A stretch of 64,000 nucleotides of DNA from Octopus sinensis (lineage: Eukaryota): contig NC_043014.1 of assembly GCF_006345805.1 (NCBI RefSeq), positions 49,786,001 to 49,850,000 of the forward strand, written 5' to 3'. Both the position numbers and the translations under genes were made by a program. This document shows, in pieces, positions 24,419-36,164 of this stretch. Position 1 is the first letter of the stretch. Each line of letters starts with the position of its first letter. The notes below the pieces were generated by a model. The model was not told the DNA's origin. It did not search any database and saw only the letters and a list, made by a program, of their open reading frames with translations.

Positions 24419-24850
24419 TTATTATTATTATTACATACATTCTGAGTTCAAATTTTGCTGAGGTCGACTTTGCCTTTCATCCTTTTGAGATTGATGGACT
24501 AAGTACCAGTTACTCACTGAGGTCAATATCCCCCTCCCCCCAAAGTTTCATGCCCTTTGCCTATGGTAGAAAGTATTATTATTATTATTATTATCATCAT
24601 CATCATCATCAAGACAGCAAGCTGGCAGAATTGTTAGCATATCAGACTAATTAGCAGCCTTTCCTTCCATCTTTACATTCTGGGTTCAAATCCCACTGAG
24701 GTCGACTTTGCTTTTTGTCCTTTCGGGGGTCGATGAAATAAGTACCAGTTGAGCACTGGGGTCGATGCAATCGACTTACAACTGCCTCTGAAAATTGCTG
24801 GCCTTGTGCTAAAATTTGAAATTATTATTATTATTATTATTATTATTATT
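23893..24850. repeat. (ATT)n arrays alternating with Meta-like SINE copies bearing (ATT)n tails
   Basis: Arrays at 23895-23972, 24190-24435, 24575-24600 and 24822-24850, each next to a SINE end. Confidence 0.85.
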
Positions 24851-25287
24851 GAGTGAGAGAGCAATGCATGCCATCAAAGTGACACTGGGGTAAAATATAC
24901 AAAGCCCAGTATACCCATCATGATTACCCATCTGATAAGGGTACACTAGGCACATGCATCACAACCATATGTGCGCGACATGGTGATCTCACATCAAGAT
25001 ATACAGTGCATGACCTTGCAGGTGGGGCCCAGTTAGAATTTTCTTCAGGTCGAGTAGCCCATCCCGCTCAAAAGGTCCCTGAATAAGGGTTGTTTAAGGA
25101 TGTTGAAAGAACCACCCATGTTTCCAGAGGTGAATTATTCAAACCCCAAAGAATTCCTCAACACATGGCTATGATGCTCCCCCACTACTTCTACTCATGA
25201 TCAGAGATGCACATATCGTCAGCCACTAAGGGACATGCTCAATTGGTTATGGTCAAACAACTGACAAGCAAATCTGTGGTATTGAGC
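24851..25287 (-). mobile_element. Probable 3' UTR of an (AAT)n-tailed LINE (Dong/R4-like), embedded in (ATT)n
   Basis: Unique 437-bp block flanked on both sides by (ATT)n; no ORF; clade assignment rests on target preference only. Confidence 0.45.
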
Positions 25288-25417
25288 TATTATTATTATT
25301 ATTATTATTATTATTTTTGTTTCTTTTTTATGCATGTGTTATTTGATTGTAAATATTTTTAATAATATATATATTTGTTTTGCAAGATTTTTGATGTGAA
25401 ATCGCATATTGAAACAG

Positions 25418-25724
25418 ATATTGTTGTATTTAGGAATGGTCATTTTGCCAGTTTAGCCAATAAAAACACACGCACACACTATCCTTTGCTTTCTTCTTTC
25501 TTATTTGTGTCTCTTCTAACTAGTAAGGAGAGACACAAATAAGAAAGAAGAAAGCAAAGGACCACTGATGAGGTCACAGGAGTGTGACGAAAGAACTCTG
25601 GCCAAAATAAGATTAAGATTAATTTAAAAATAAATGACGCTGAAGCAAAGTAACACCAAATATATAGTGCGTGTGTTTTTAGTGGCTAAACTGGCAAAAT
25701 GACCATTCCTAAATACAACAATAT
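25418..25724. mobile_element. Inverted (head-to-head) Penelope-like pseudo-LTR structure
   Basis: Outer arms 25418-25475 / 25667-25724 (58 bp, 1 mismatch); inner arms 25483-25517 / 25526-25560 (35 bp). Confidence 0.6.
25559..25603 (+). ncRNA. Minimal type-I hammerhead ribozyme with intact core
   Basis: GGACCA-CTGATGA-G-GTCAC(AGGAGT)GTGAC-GAAA-GAACTC-TGGCC; predicted cleavage after C25598. Confidence 0.6.
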
Positions 25725-26650
25725 TTTCAATAATATTCTTGTATTTGTTATTGATCTTGTATTTGTTATTGATCAAGGCAGTGCCCCAGCATGGTTGCAG
25801 TCCAATGATTGAAACACAAGTTGCTTGTGTGTGTGTGTGGAGAGAGAGTGGTTGAGGGGTGGGGAGAGAGAAATGGATGATTTACAATGTGGATGTTTGT
25901 ATTCTGAGAAACAAAAGGTGTCGAAATCTTTTGTTTATATTTTGTGTTTAAATGAGCTAATTTTAGTGCTTTTTATAGACGTGACTGCTAAAAATAGTGT
26001 GTTGCATTTCTATAGCCCTTCATCACAGTATGTATGTGTATGTATGGAGATACGTATGTGATGTATTTCTATAATTACATCATCACCATTCTTCCCTTCG
26101 TGTTTCTACATCATGATGGGACTGTGGAGGCCTGTTCTTCACCTGTATTCACCTTCTGTTCGTTCTCTTCAGCCTCCTCCTCCTCCTCCTGCTACTCTCT
26201 TATCAGATATGGCTATATCCCAGGTCAAACCAACATGGGAATCTCTCCTTATGTGGTCACTTAATTCAGCTAGAAACAACAGCAAAATCTCACTCATATC
26301 ACTTCTTAAATTTCAAAGAAGGATGGACAATGTATTATATAGGCATAAAAGGATGGGTTAGCCATAGCCGGAACCCCTTTAATTATAGGTCTGCTAGATC
26401 ATAGCTAACAACACCTTTTGTTTCTCAGCAACCCCTATTCTCTCTGTCTGTCTGTCTGTCTTTCTCAAGCCACTGTGAGAGGCTCTTTGTGTTTCCTCAA
26501 ATTTTCCTCAGTTCTACTTGTCTTAGAGAAAAACATACAAAATAATGTAGTCTTAGGTGCATTGTGCCTGGGGAAAACATGGACAGGTCACAATTGGAAC
26601 AGGAGCCTTTTGGCTGAATGTTTGACCTGGGGTTAAACATTGACAAACTA

Positions 26651-26982
26651 CAGTAATCCCTTGACCATTGCAGGTGTTATGTTCCAAAACCTCCCACAGA
26701 AATAATTAAAATCTAAAAACATATAAAGATCTACGATATGTAAGTCCACAATATGAATTTACATTTATTGGCCAGAAAAATCTGCTATGTGAGTGCATGA
26801 TAGGCAAACCGTGATGTAGAAAGTGTGCGATAGGTGAACCACGATATATTGAGTGCATGATAGTCAAACCGTGATGCATTGGATGCGCGATAGCTGAACC
26901 GCAATGTATTGGGTGTGTGATAGGTGAACTGTGATATACTGAGTGCGCGATAGGTGAACCGCGATATGGCGAGGGGTTACTG
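26651..26982. mobile_element. Tigger/pogo-like (Tc1/mariner) MITE with internal 30-bp tandem array
   Basis: TA|CAGTAATCCC ... GGGGTTACTG|TA; about 6.5 units of GAGTGCGCGATAGGTGAACCGCGATATATT at about 26785-26970. Confidence 0.8.
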
Positions 26983-27838
26983 TACTCTTCATGCACAAAA
27001 GTCATATGTATTTATTGAACTGGCAATTCATCGATGTGTTGTGAGTTCAAATTCTGGTGCCAGAATTTTGTGGGATTTTTTTTTTTAGAGTCCTCACACT
27101 TTGTGCTCATGACAAAGAATATAAAATCATTTCAACATATCATTTAACCTCCACCTATTCATTCATGCATGCATGGGTCAGATGGAATTTGCTGAGGCAA
27201 AATTTTCTACATTGGATGCCCTTCCTGTCACCAACTCTCACTTGGTGCCAAACAAGGTGATATTTTCTGTGGCCAAACTAATATTCAGAAGCAAACAACA
27301 TCTCTTGTACGACAGTGATGCTTGTTTACACTCATTACATGATGCCAAGACAAGAGTACACATAAGCACACACACTCACAAGTGACAGGCTTCTTTCAGT
27401 TTCCATCTACCAAATTCATTCACAGGGCTTTGGTCGATCCAAAGCCATAGCAGAAAACACTTGACCAAGGTGCCTTGCAGCAGCATTGAACCCAAGACCA
27501 TGTGATTAGGAAGCAAGTTTCTGTACCATACAGCCAAACCCATGCCGATATTTTATATAACATTACTAAAGAACTTGAATTTCCTGTTTAGGATGAGGAA
27601 AAAACCTGAATCCTCATCAAATGCTGATTCTTTACTGGTTTCAAATAAGGCCAACCAACGCTGAACTCTTTGCTCTCACATTTGTGGTGATACTGCTGTT
27701 GCACAGATAAACACTTCAGACTGCGTTCAAAAGATAGGTTAATAACTAGATTCGCACAATCAACACACTACAACCACTGTCTCACAAATACCATTTTCTC
27801 CCTCTCTCCCTCTCTCTCTCTCTCTGTCTCTCCTACCA

Positions 27839-28145
27839 CTCTCGAAAGAGCTGTTCTTCACTCCTGCTCCAGAGCGTCGGCTGCGGGGTCTCTCCGAAAA
27901 GCTCTATCTGCGACGATTTCATCTCAATCGAAGGCAAGGGGCTTTCTCTGTCCGGGTTGCAGATCCGTGGAACAAGATAGTGAAGATGCCGGATGAGATA
28001 GTGAAGATGCCGACGACCGCTCGGTTCAAAGTCTCTCTTGACCAGAAATGGCCTGAACTCTTTGCATGAACACCCTCCCTGTACATAACTCCATGTCCCC
28101 CCTACATGGCCTTGCTTTTTGAGCCAAAAAATTATCTTAACTTAA
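27839..28145 (+). mobile_element. CR1-clade LINE 3' end (family CR1-a)
   Basis: Encodes LSKELFFTPAPERRLRG...; high identity with 60243-60538; internal GATAGTGAAGATGCCG duplication. Confidence 0.85.
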
Positions 28146-28360
28146 CAGCCTTTGGTCCTCCCAACCAGCCATGCAAACTCTCTTCACTCAGATTCACCGT
28201 GAGCCCCTCCTTCTGTGTTTTCTCTCTTAATACCTCACATTCAATTCTCCAGCCATTCTTCCTTCTTCAAAGATGCTAAGGGGTGATTTGAGAAAGATTT
28301 GGCTGCTCTTTCACTTCGTTGGCAAGTTTGATGTAGTTCATATGGGTTTAGGAAAAATAT

Positions 28361-28566
28361 AGTTAGTTAATTTTTTGGCTCAAAAAGCAAAAAGCAAGGC
28401 CATGTAGGGGGACATGGAGTTATGTACAGGGTGGTGTTCATGCAAAGAGTTCAGGCCACTTGTGGTCAAGGGAGACTTTGAACCGAGCAGTCGTCGGCAT
28501 CTTCACTATCTCATCCGGCAGCTTAATCCATGGATCCGCAACCCGGATGGAGAAAGCCCCTCTCCT
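28361..28566 (-). mobile_element. CR1-a 3' end, inverted copy
   Basis: RRGAFSIRVADPWIKLPDEIVKMPTTARFKVSLDHKWPELFA* on the minus strand plus the same 3' UTR. Confidence 0.85.
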
Positions 28567-31239
28567 ATAGATGGAGAAATAATTTTTAAAGGGTTTCTTT
28601 TTTGAAGAAGGAAGACGGATCTGCTGGATGGGGAAGAGTAGGAAGTAGAAACAGGTGTGCTATTTGTGTCAGGTGGAGGTCAGTGTAATGGTGGAGATGG
28701 TGGACAACAGGTGTTATTTTTATCTGAAAGAAAACCAAAGATCTTCATCTTTTAGCATCGTTTTGCATGCTGGCATGGGTTAGAAGAAGGAAACAGCATG
28801 TATCGTTGATCTATTTATATTTGATAATTAATTCATTGGATGCTAGACTTGTATGTCTCCTTGCTTAATGCCTCCACTTTGGCAGTTCTTTCACTTAATA
28901 CCACTATGTTGTAAGCATTCAAAATGGGTCTCCCCTTTGAAGACACCTGCTTTCCTCCTTCCTAGCAATCTCTGGGGCCCTATAAAGGATCATGCCATTG
29001 TCTTACCTCTTCAGTAAAAAATATTTACTAAAAAACCTGAACTTGGGATGCAACAAGACTGGACCTTGGAAATTTTTTTTTTTAAATCTTTTAGTCAAGA
29101 AGGAAACCAGTGTCTGACCCTTTACAGGGCCTCCAAGACTGATGAAAGGCAAGAAGGTATCCTCAAACTGGAGATCTTGCTTCAAATATTTGCAACAGAA
29201 TGGAATCTTAACTAAGGCCATCAAGGTGCCATGTGGTAGTGTTATACTGGGCACCACCTGATTAAACCATAATGAGATTTGAACTCAGAATATAAAGAAT
29301 AAATACTGCAAGTTGTCCAATCCAGTGTCTTTTACACTTCCACTTATCTACCACCCTAGATTAGCACTATTTCTGTTGACCTCAAAAGGATGAAAAGCGA
29401 AGGTGATCCCAGCATGATTTGAACCGTATACCCAGGAATTCATATTGGTAGCAGAGTATTTTGTATTTTCAAGAAGAACATATATATTCTACTTTACCTC
29501 ACCTCACCTCACCAGCAGGTAATACACCACCTGGGTATAATGTTACCTGTGAGTAGTGTTGAGCAGGACACTATATTCTACTTTACTTCATTTCACCAGG
29601 TAATAATGTTACTGTATGACACCTTGTGTCCAATTTGAGGATAAATTTCTCTCTCATCTGCTTAATGTCCTAAGGGACCCACCTTTGTCAGTGCTACAAT
29701 TTAAAGCTACAAACGTTGTTAGTATTGAGTATCAAGTTAGACTTATAATGAAAGGCACTCCACTCATGGCCACACTTTATTTTGAAGTGTGTTGTAGTTT
29801 GGATTACACTATCTGTTATGTTCTATTTTATTTTTTTAAAAATGGTGGTGTAAATTTTGTGAAAGTTCACTGCTCTTTCTAGCAAGTTGAGTAACTACAA
29901 AAAATGGGTCCCACATAAGTTCCTGAAACTTCAAATTTATACTCTTGGTTGTATATCAAATCATTGAGTTACCCTACTGGAGAGTTTAAATAGCCCAGAA
30001 CATAATTTTGTGGCCTTATATGGTGTTTTAGGCTTAATATGTTTGTGTTTTTGGTGGTGGTTGTGCCACTGCTTCTACTGTGGTTATCAGTCCAGGATCT
30101 GCCATCTCAGGGCAATCAGAATAACAGCTTCATGGACAATTGAAATTGCAGGCCTAAGGAGATTCGTCTGCTTCATAACAGAAAAGTAATTATAATTATC
30201 TATGAAGTGAGGATAATTTCCTAAGTGCTTAGTCTGGAAACAAAAATAAAAGAAAAAGTCTATTTGATATGTGTGAAAGTAGCTTTAGAAATAATTTGCT
30301 TGACTGTAAGTCTACCTTACGAAATGAGAAAAAGAAAGCCACAAAAGTGTTGTCATGATAGGTAGGGCAATTGAAAGATTATGCACACCATTTTGATATG
30401 ATATTAATTGGTTAGTTATATAGAACGTTCCACACTCGATATGAACAAAGCAAGATAATGCCAACTATGTACTGCCGAGAAATATCACATTCTAACTCAG
30501 CAGGGGTATACTTTCAAAAAATAAAGGAACTGGAGCAGAAAGATTGGAGCCTGGTGCAGCCATCTGGTTCGCCAGTCCTCAGTCAAATCGTCCAATCCAT
30601 GCTAACATGGAAAGCAGATGTTAAATGATGATAATGATGATGATTTAAATATATATTTTTTTTCAATTTCAGGAATTTTATGAACACACAGAAATTTTGT
30701 GGCGAGATAAAGGAGTACAGAATTGTTATGAACGATCTAATGAGTATCAGCTTATTGATTGTGCACAGTAGTGAGTATAGAAATCCTTTTCGCATAATAT
30801 TCTTCTATTGTTTTCAGCTGCTGTTTTTCTACATTTATTGGTATTTCTAAAACAATTGAACAAATATGCTCCTTATGTATCTAGGTGTGTATATCCGTAT
30901 GTATGTATGTATGTGTGTGTGCATTTAAGAATGTGCAAAGTGAGCGTGTGTACAGGTGTGCCTAAATATGTGAAAGGGTGTGTATGAATGTGTGTAGGTG
31001 TGTGACTGGGTTATAAGAAAGTGCTCTGTGTTTGTGTGTGTGTAAAAAGATTGTTCTAGATATGGTTGAGGTGGAAGCTGTGCTCCAGTGGATATTGAAC
31101 TTTTGCTTTGTAGAGGATCAGATCAGCTCCTGCTCAAGACTGAAGCTCTTTGTGATTCTGAAGACAAATTTTTTTTGTTTGCTTGAGGGAGAGGAGAGAG
31201 ATATTTATTTGTCTTTGTAAAATGTGTAGAATATTGAAT

Positions 31240-31475
31240 CTGTGGATCTCATGCAGACATTTGTGCTGCCACCTATATAGTGAATAGTGTATCCAACCAT
31301 CTTGTTCTTGGTCTACCCCTAGGTCTTGTGTCCATGTTAGCTCAGCTTGAAGGATCCGTCTCCTGATATTTTTCTTGTGACATTCTGATCGCATGCCTGT
31401 AGTACCAGAGCTGTGACCTCAATGCAGAGATATAGTGACTCAGCCTGGAGATTCTTTGATCTCCAAGCTAAACAT
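31240..31475 (-). mobile_element. Decayed RTE ORF2 C-terminal fragment
   Basis: SQLWYYRHAIRM ... TRPRGRPRTRWLD motifs across frameshifts. Confidence 0.7.
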
Positions 31476-32189
31476 CCTGTCAAGTAACATTACCGCAGAC
31501 ATTCTTTTGTTATATAAGCTCTCACCTTATTTGGCAATTTCCATGGAAATTCAAAAGATGACGAAGAATATCTAAACTGAGGTACATACTGGAGGGGATA
31601 ATTATAAGCTAGGCCTTTGTAACAGCTTCAAGGCCACCCTTGCCCTCCACTCCAGACAAAACAATGCTTTAAGGTTTACAGTATTTATTTAGTGACACCA
31701 AAGCTTAATGCACAGAAGATCCCTCCTAGACAGTTGCCTAATTAAGAAACGGGGATAATAAACCATAGTACATAATTAGGATTTGTTTAATTAAATACGA
31801 GCAAAACGCCCCCCGTCCAATGGATGGTGCTGAATCATATCTGCTGAATAAAAAGCAATCAGTGTTTTCTTTTCATTAAAAAATAATTAAGCATGCCTTT
31901 ATTTCAATAAAATATTTGGTTTTGTTAAACGAAGTTAAAGCAAAAAAAGAAAAAAGAATCTTCTCGAGAAACCAAATAGTCTTTCCTTCCTTCATGCCAA
32001 GTTTGAAGAAAATATCTCTTTTGCATCTTACTTTTTTGGTCTCTTAAACATACTGCATTTTGTGGCATTATTTCAAGCCAACCGGCTATTTTCGCGCAAA
32101 CTGCACATGCATTTTTCTCGCGTACGCGTAATATCGATCGCAACAGCTGATGTACTTGTGTGTACAAATGTACCTTCCCACGGCTTTAT

Positions 32190-32450
32190 CGATCACGAGC
32201 TCGCAGAAATGTTAGCATGCTAGGCGAAATGCTTAGCGATATTTCGTCTGCCATTACGTTCTGAGTTCAAATTCCGCCGAGGTTGACTTTGCCTTTCATC
32301 CTTTCAGGGTCGATTAAATAAGTACCAGTTACACACTGGGGTCGATGTAATCGACTTAATCTGTTTGTCCGTCCTTGTTTGTCCCCTCTGTGTGTATCTT
32401 CTTGTGGGCAGTAAAGAAATAGGTATTTCGTCTGTCTTTACATTCTGAAT
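32190..32450 (+). mobile_element. SINE family B (monomer + start of second unit)
   Basis: Core motif; ends AAAGAAATAGGTATTTCGTCTG. Confidence 0.85.
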
Positions 32451-32454
32451 TCTT

Positions 32455-32610
32455 ACCCGGAATAGATTTTCGTAATTTTTTTCAAGATTTATACAAGCCC
32501 TGATACCGTCGGTACCTATTTATCAAATTTGAGTGCAATCGGATGGAGGATGCCCGAGATCCTACAAGACACACACACACTGACAGACAAAATGGATTTT
32601 ATATAATAGA
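32455..32610 (-). mobile_element. Helitron-like 5' end fragment
   Basis: Minus strand begins TCTATTATATAAAATCC...GTCTGTCAGTGTGTG, typical of Helitron-type 5' ends; 3' end not identified. Confidence 0.4.
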
Positions 32611-33044
32611 TATTGTATTTTATTCCAAAAATTTTGAAAATAATGGAGAATTTTATACATTACCATTGTCTTTATTAACATAATGTTTGGAACATAAATG
32701 AACATGAAATTCTGATGCAGGGTCTTAATTTAAATTACTTTAAAGGTTTTGTTACCATATTTTTGTTTAAAATATATTGTCTTTGTTTTTACCAGTAATT
32801 TTTAAAATAATGAAGAAATTACTAAAATAACTTTGTCGTTAATTAACTGGCATTTGGAACATATATTAACATATTGCTTTAAACCTTTAGCTAAATTTAT
32901 TTTACTGAATTTTTCATTATTTTCAAATTTAATGGAAACAAAAGCAGTTTCAACGGAAACAATAAATGCTGAAACGTGGTTAAAATTAAATCACACACAC
33001 ACACATGCATGTGGATGTGCGTGTGTGTGTGTGTGTATAGCGAT

Positions 33045-33400
33045 GCCAGGCTGGTTTGACTGGCTCCCGTGCTGTGGTTACATAGAAAGAAACAGCCAAA
33101 CATGGCTGTTGCCAGTGCCCCTTGACTGGCTCCCGTGCCAGTGGCATGTTAAAAGCACTGTCCGAACATGACCGATGCCAGGCCCACCTGACTGGCTCCT
33201 GTGCTGGTGGCATGTAAAAAGGACCCACTACACTCTCGGAGTGGTTGGCGTTAGGAAGGGCATCAAGCTGTAGAAACATTGTCAGATCAGATTGGAGCCT
33301 GGTGCAGCCATCTGGCTTTCCATACCTCAGTCAAACCGTCCAACCCATGCCAGCATGGAAAGCGGACATTAAGCGATGATGATGATGATGATGATATATA
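33045..33400 (+). mobile_element. Family R 3' UTR copy with array
   Basis: Array units, core motif, (GAT)n tail. Confidence 0.8.
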
Positions 33401-33404
33401 TATA

Positions 33405-33660
33405 ATAAATAATAAATGCACCCTTTTAAAGCTTAGCCAGGCTCATGGGCCCGGTTTCCCGGTTTCTATGGCGTATGTGTTCCCCAGCTGGATGGGACAC
33501 CAGTCTGTCACAGCGTTACTCATTTTTGCCAGCTGAGTGGACTGGAGCAATGTAAAATGACGTGTTTTGCTCAAGAACACGTGTCACCTGGTCCAGGAAT
33601 TGAAACGACAATTTTATGATCATGATGCTGACGCCCTAACCACTAAGCCACGTGCCTCCA
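33405..33660 (-). mobile_element. tRNA-derived V-domain-like SINE
   Basis: TGGCTTAGTGG A-box, GTTTCAATTCC B-box, GTGTTCTTGAGCAAAACAC...TTGCTCCAG V-like domain. Confidence 0.75.
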
Positions 33661-34331
33661 CATGTGTGTGTGTGTGTGTGTAGGAACAGGCATGACTGCA
33701 TGGTAAGAAGTTTGGTTCCTGACCATATGGTCTTGGGTTCAGTCCCCCTGCATGGCACCTTGGACAAGTGTCTTCAGGCTTTTCAAAGCCTTTTGAGTGG
33801 ATTTGGTAGACAGAAACTGAAAGAAACCTGTGGTGTGTGTGCGTGCATGTCTCCCACCATCACTTGACAACCAGTGTTGGTATGATCATGTCCCCTCAAT
33901 AACTTAACAGTGCGGCAAAAGAGTGTGATAAAATAAATATCAGGCTTTCAAAAAATAAGTGCCGGAGACAATTTGTTCAGCTTAGCTTCTTCCGAGTAGT
34001 GCTCCAGCATGGCCATGGCCTAATGACTGAAATACATAAAAGATAAAAGATGTGTGTGTGTGTTTTTGTGCATATATGTGTGTGTATGTATATATGTTTT
34101 TGTGTGTATGTATATGTTTTTGTGTGTATGTATATATGTGTTTGTATGTGTATGTATATATAGGTTTTTGTATGTGTATATATATGTATTTGTGTGTGTT
34201 TGTATATATATGGTTTTATGTGTATGTATATATATTTTTGTGTGTGTTTGCATATGTTTTTGTATGTGTATGTATATATGTTTGCATGTGTAATGCACGC
34301 ATACACACGCACACACTCACAATCACACGAA

Positions 34332-34444
34332 ATGGACTCGGACATTGAGAACGATGCCTTGGAGACGGGGGGGGGCATGGATGCTGGCAACAGTGTGTCG
34401 GTTGTAAACCGATTGTGTCTCGCTCTCTTGTCTGTTGTCTTTAT
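34332..34444 (+). CDS. Candidate first coding exon with signal-peptide-like end
   Basis: MDSDIENDALETGGGMDAGNSVSVVNRLCLALLSVVF then AT|GTAAGG donor; CpG-richer than the flanks; no downstream exon identified. Confidence 0.25.
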
Positions 34445-34924
34445 GTAAGGACAAACAAACCGTGTATATCGCAGGGGAAGGAGCTGTGGTAGATCGATGA
34501 AGTGTCTGGGACTCAGCTTGTTGTTGTTGTTGCTGTTGCTGCTGTTGTTGTTGTTGCTATCACCATGACATCAATGGTGATGATGATGATGATGGTGAGG
34601 TGTTTATAAGACAGTTGAGGATAATAATTGGTGTGTGCTCATTCTTATGTAGGTGTGTTTGTGTGTATATCATTCACACAGACAGTCCATTTCAGAGAAG
34701 GGGGTGGCTGGTGTGTATGTATGAAGGAATCATAGAATGGGTGTGTGTTGTGTGCGCAGTAATATAGTGTTACAAATTAATAACGATGAATTAAACTTGA
34801 CTGCTCTCGCAAACGAGAATACTAAAAACAAACCCGACTGCTCTCGAAAATTAAGTAAAAAAAAAAAAAACAGGAAAAACAATTCAGAATCCTTGTCTGG
34901 TACCGGATCGATCCCAAAATCTGA

Positions 34925-35535
34925 TTAGAGCACCAGCCAAACATGGGTGATGCCAGTGCCCCTTGACCGGCTCCTGTGCCAGTGGCATGTAAAAAGCACT
35001 GTCCGAACGTGGCTGATGCCAGTGCCGCTTCACTGACTCCCGTGCCAGTCATCATCATCATCATCGTTTAACGTCCGCTTTCCATGCTAGCATGGGTTGG
35101 ACGGTTCAACTGGGGTCTGGCAAGCTCGAAGGCTGCACCAGGCCAGTCAGATCTGGCAGTGTTTCTACAGCTGGATGCCCTTCCTAACGCCAACCACTTC
35201 GAGAGTGTAGTGGGTGATTTTTGCCAGTGGCATGTAAAAATCACTGTCCAAACATGGTTGATGCCAGTGCCGCTTGACTGGCTCCCGTGCCAGTGGCATG
35301 TAAAAATCACTGTCCAAACGTGGTTGATGCCAGGCCCACCTGACTGGCTCCTGTGCTGGTGGCATGTAAAAAGCACCCACTACACTCTCGAAGTGGTTGG
35401 CATTAGGAAGGGCATCAAGCTGTAGAAACATTGTCAGATCAGATTGGAGCCTGGAGCAAGCATCTGGCTTTCCATACCTCAGTCAAACTGTCCGACCCAT
35501 GCCAGCATGGAAGGCGGACATAAAGCGATGAAGAT
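34925..35535 (+). mobile_element. Family R copy carrying an inverted family R insertion (35050-35221)
   Basis: TGCCAGT duplicated at 35043-35049 and 35222-35228. Confidence 0.8.
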
Positions 35536-36164
35536 GTGTGTGTGTCTGTGTGTGTAGGAGCAGGCATGACTGAATGGTAAGAAGTTTGGTTCCTGACCAT
35601 ATGGTCTTGGGTTCAGTCCCACTACATGGCACCTTGGACAAGTGTCTTCAGGGCTTTTGAGTGGATTTGGTAGATAGAAACTGAAAGAAACCTGTCGTGT
35701 GTGTATGTGCATGTCTCGTGCCAGACATGAGGCCAAACATCCCTGAAAGATTCGTCTGAATCCATCTGGCGGTTCTTGAGATATCTTGTCCACGGACAAT
35801 CAAACAAACACTACTGGAAACAATACCCCTGCCTTTGCTGAGGCAGGGCTAATAATGATAATAATAATCTTTTCTACTATAGGCACAGGGCCTGAAATTT
35901 TGGGTGAGAGGGCTAGTTGATTACATCGACCCCGGTGCTCATCTGGGACTTATTTTATCAATCCTGAAAGCATGAAAGTATGTACTTGGCATAATTTGAA
36001 CCCAGAACATAAAGCTGGATAAAATGCTGCTAGGCATTTTGTCCAGCATGCTAACGATTCTGCCAACTCGCTGCCTTAATTATTTTTACTATGGGCTCAA
36101 AGTATGAAATTTTGGGGGAGGAGCCTAGTCGATCACATCAACACCAGTGCTCATCTGGTACTCT

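Noticed and set aside
24126-24654. Poly-Ile ORFs
   Set aside because: (ATT)n microsatellite.
26004-26015. Possible 12-nt plus-strand microexon CCCTTCATCACA between TAG and GTATGT
   Set aside because: Such splice-like pairs are common by chance and there is no gene context.
28560-28723. Minus-strand acceptor at 28724 seeming to fuse in frame to the CR1 fragment
   Set aside because: Recounting the A-run (6 A) gives an in-frame TAA in phase 0, and the other phases also stop early.
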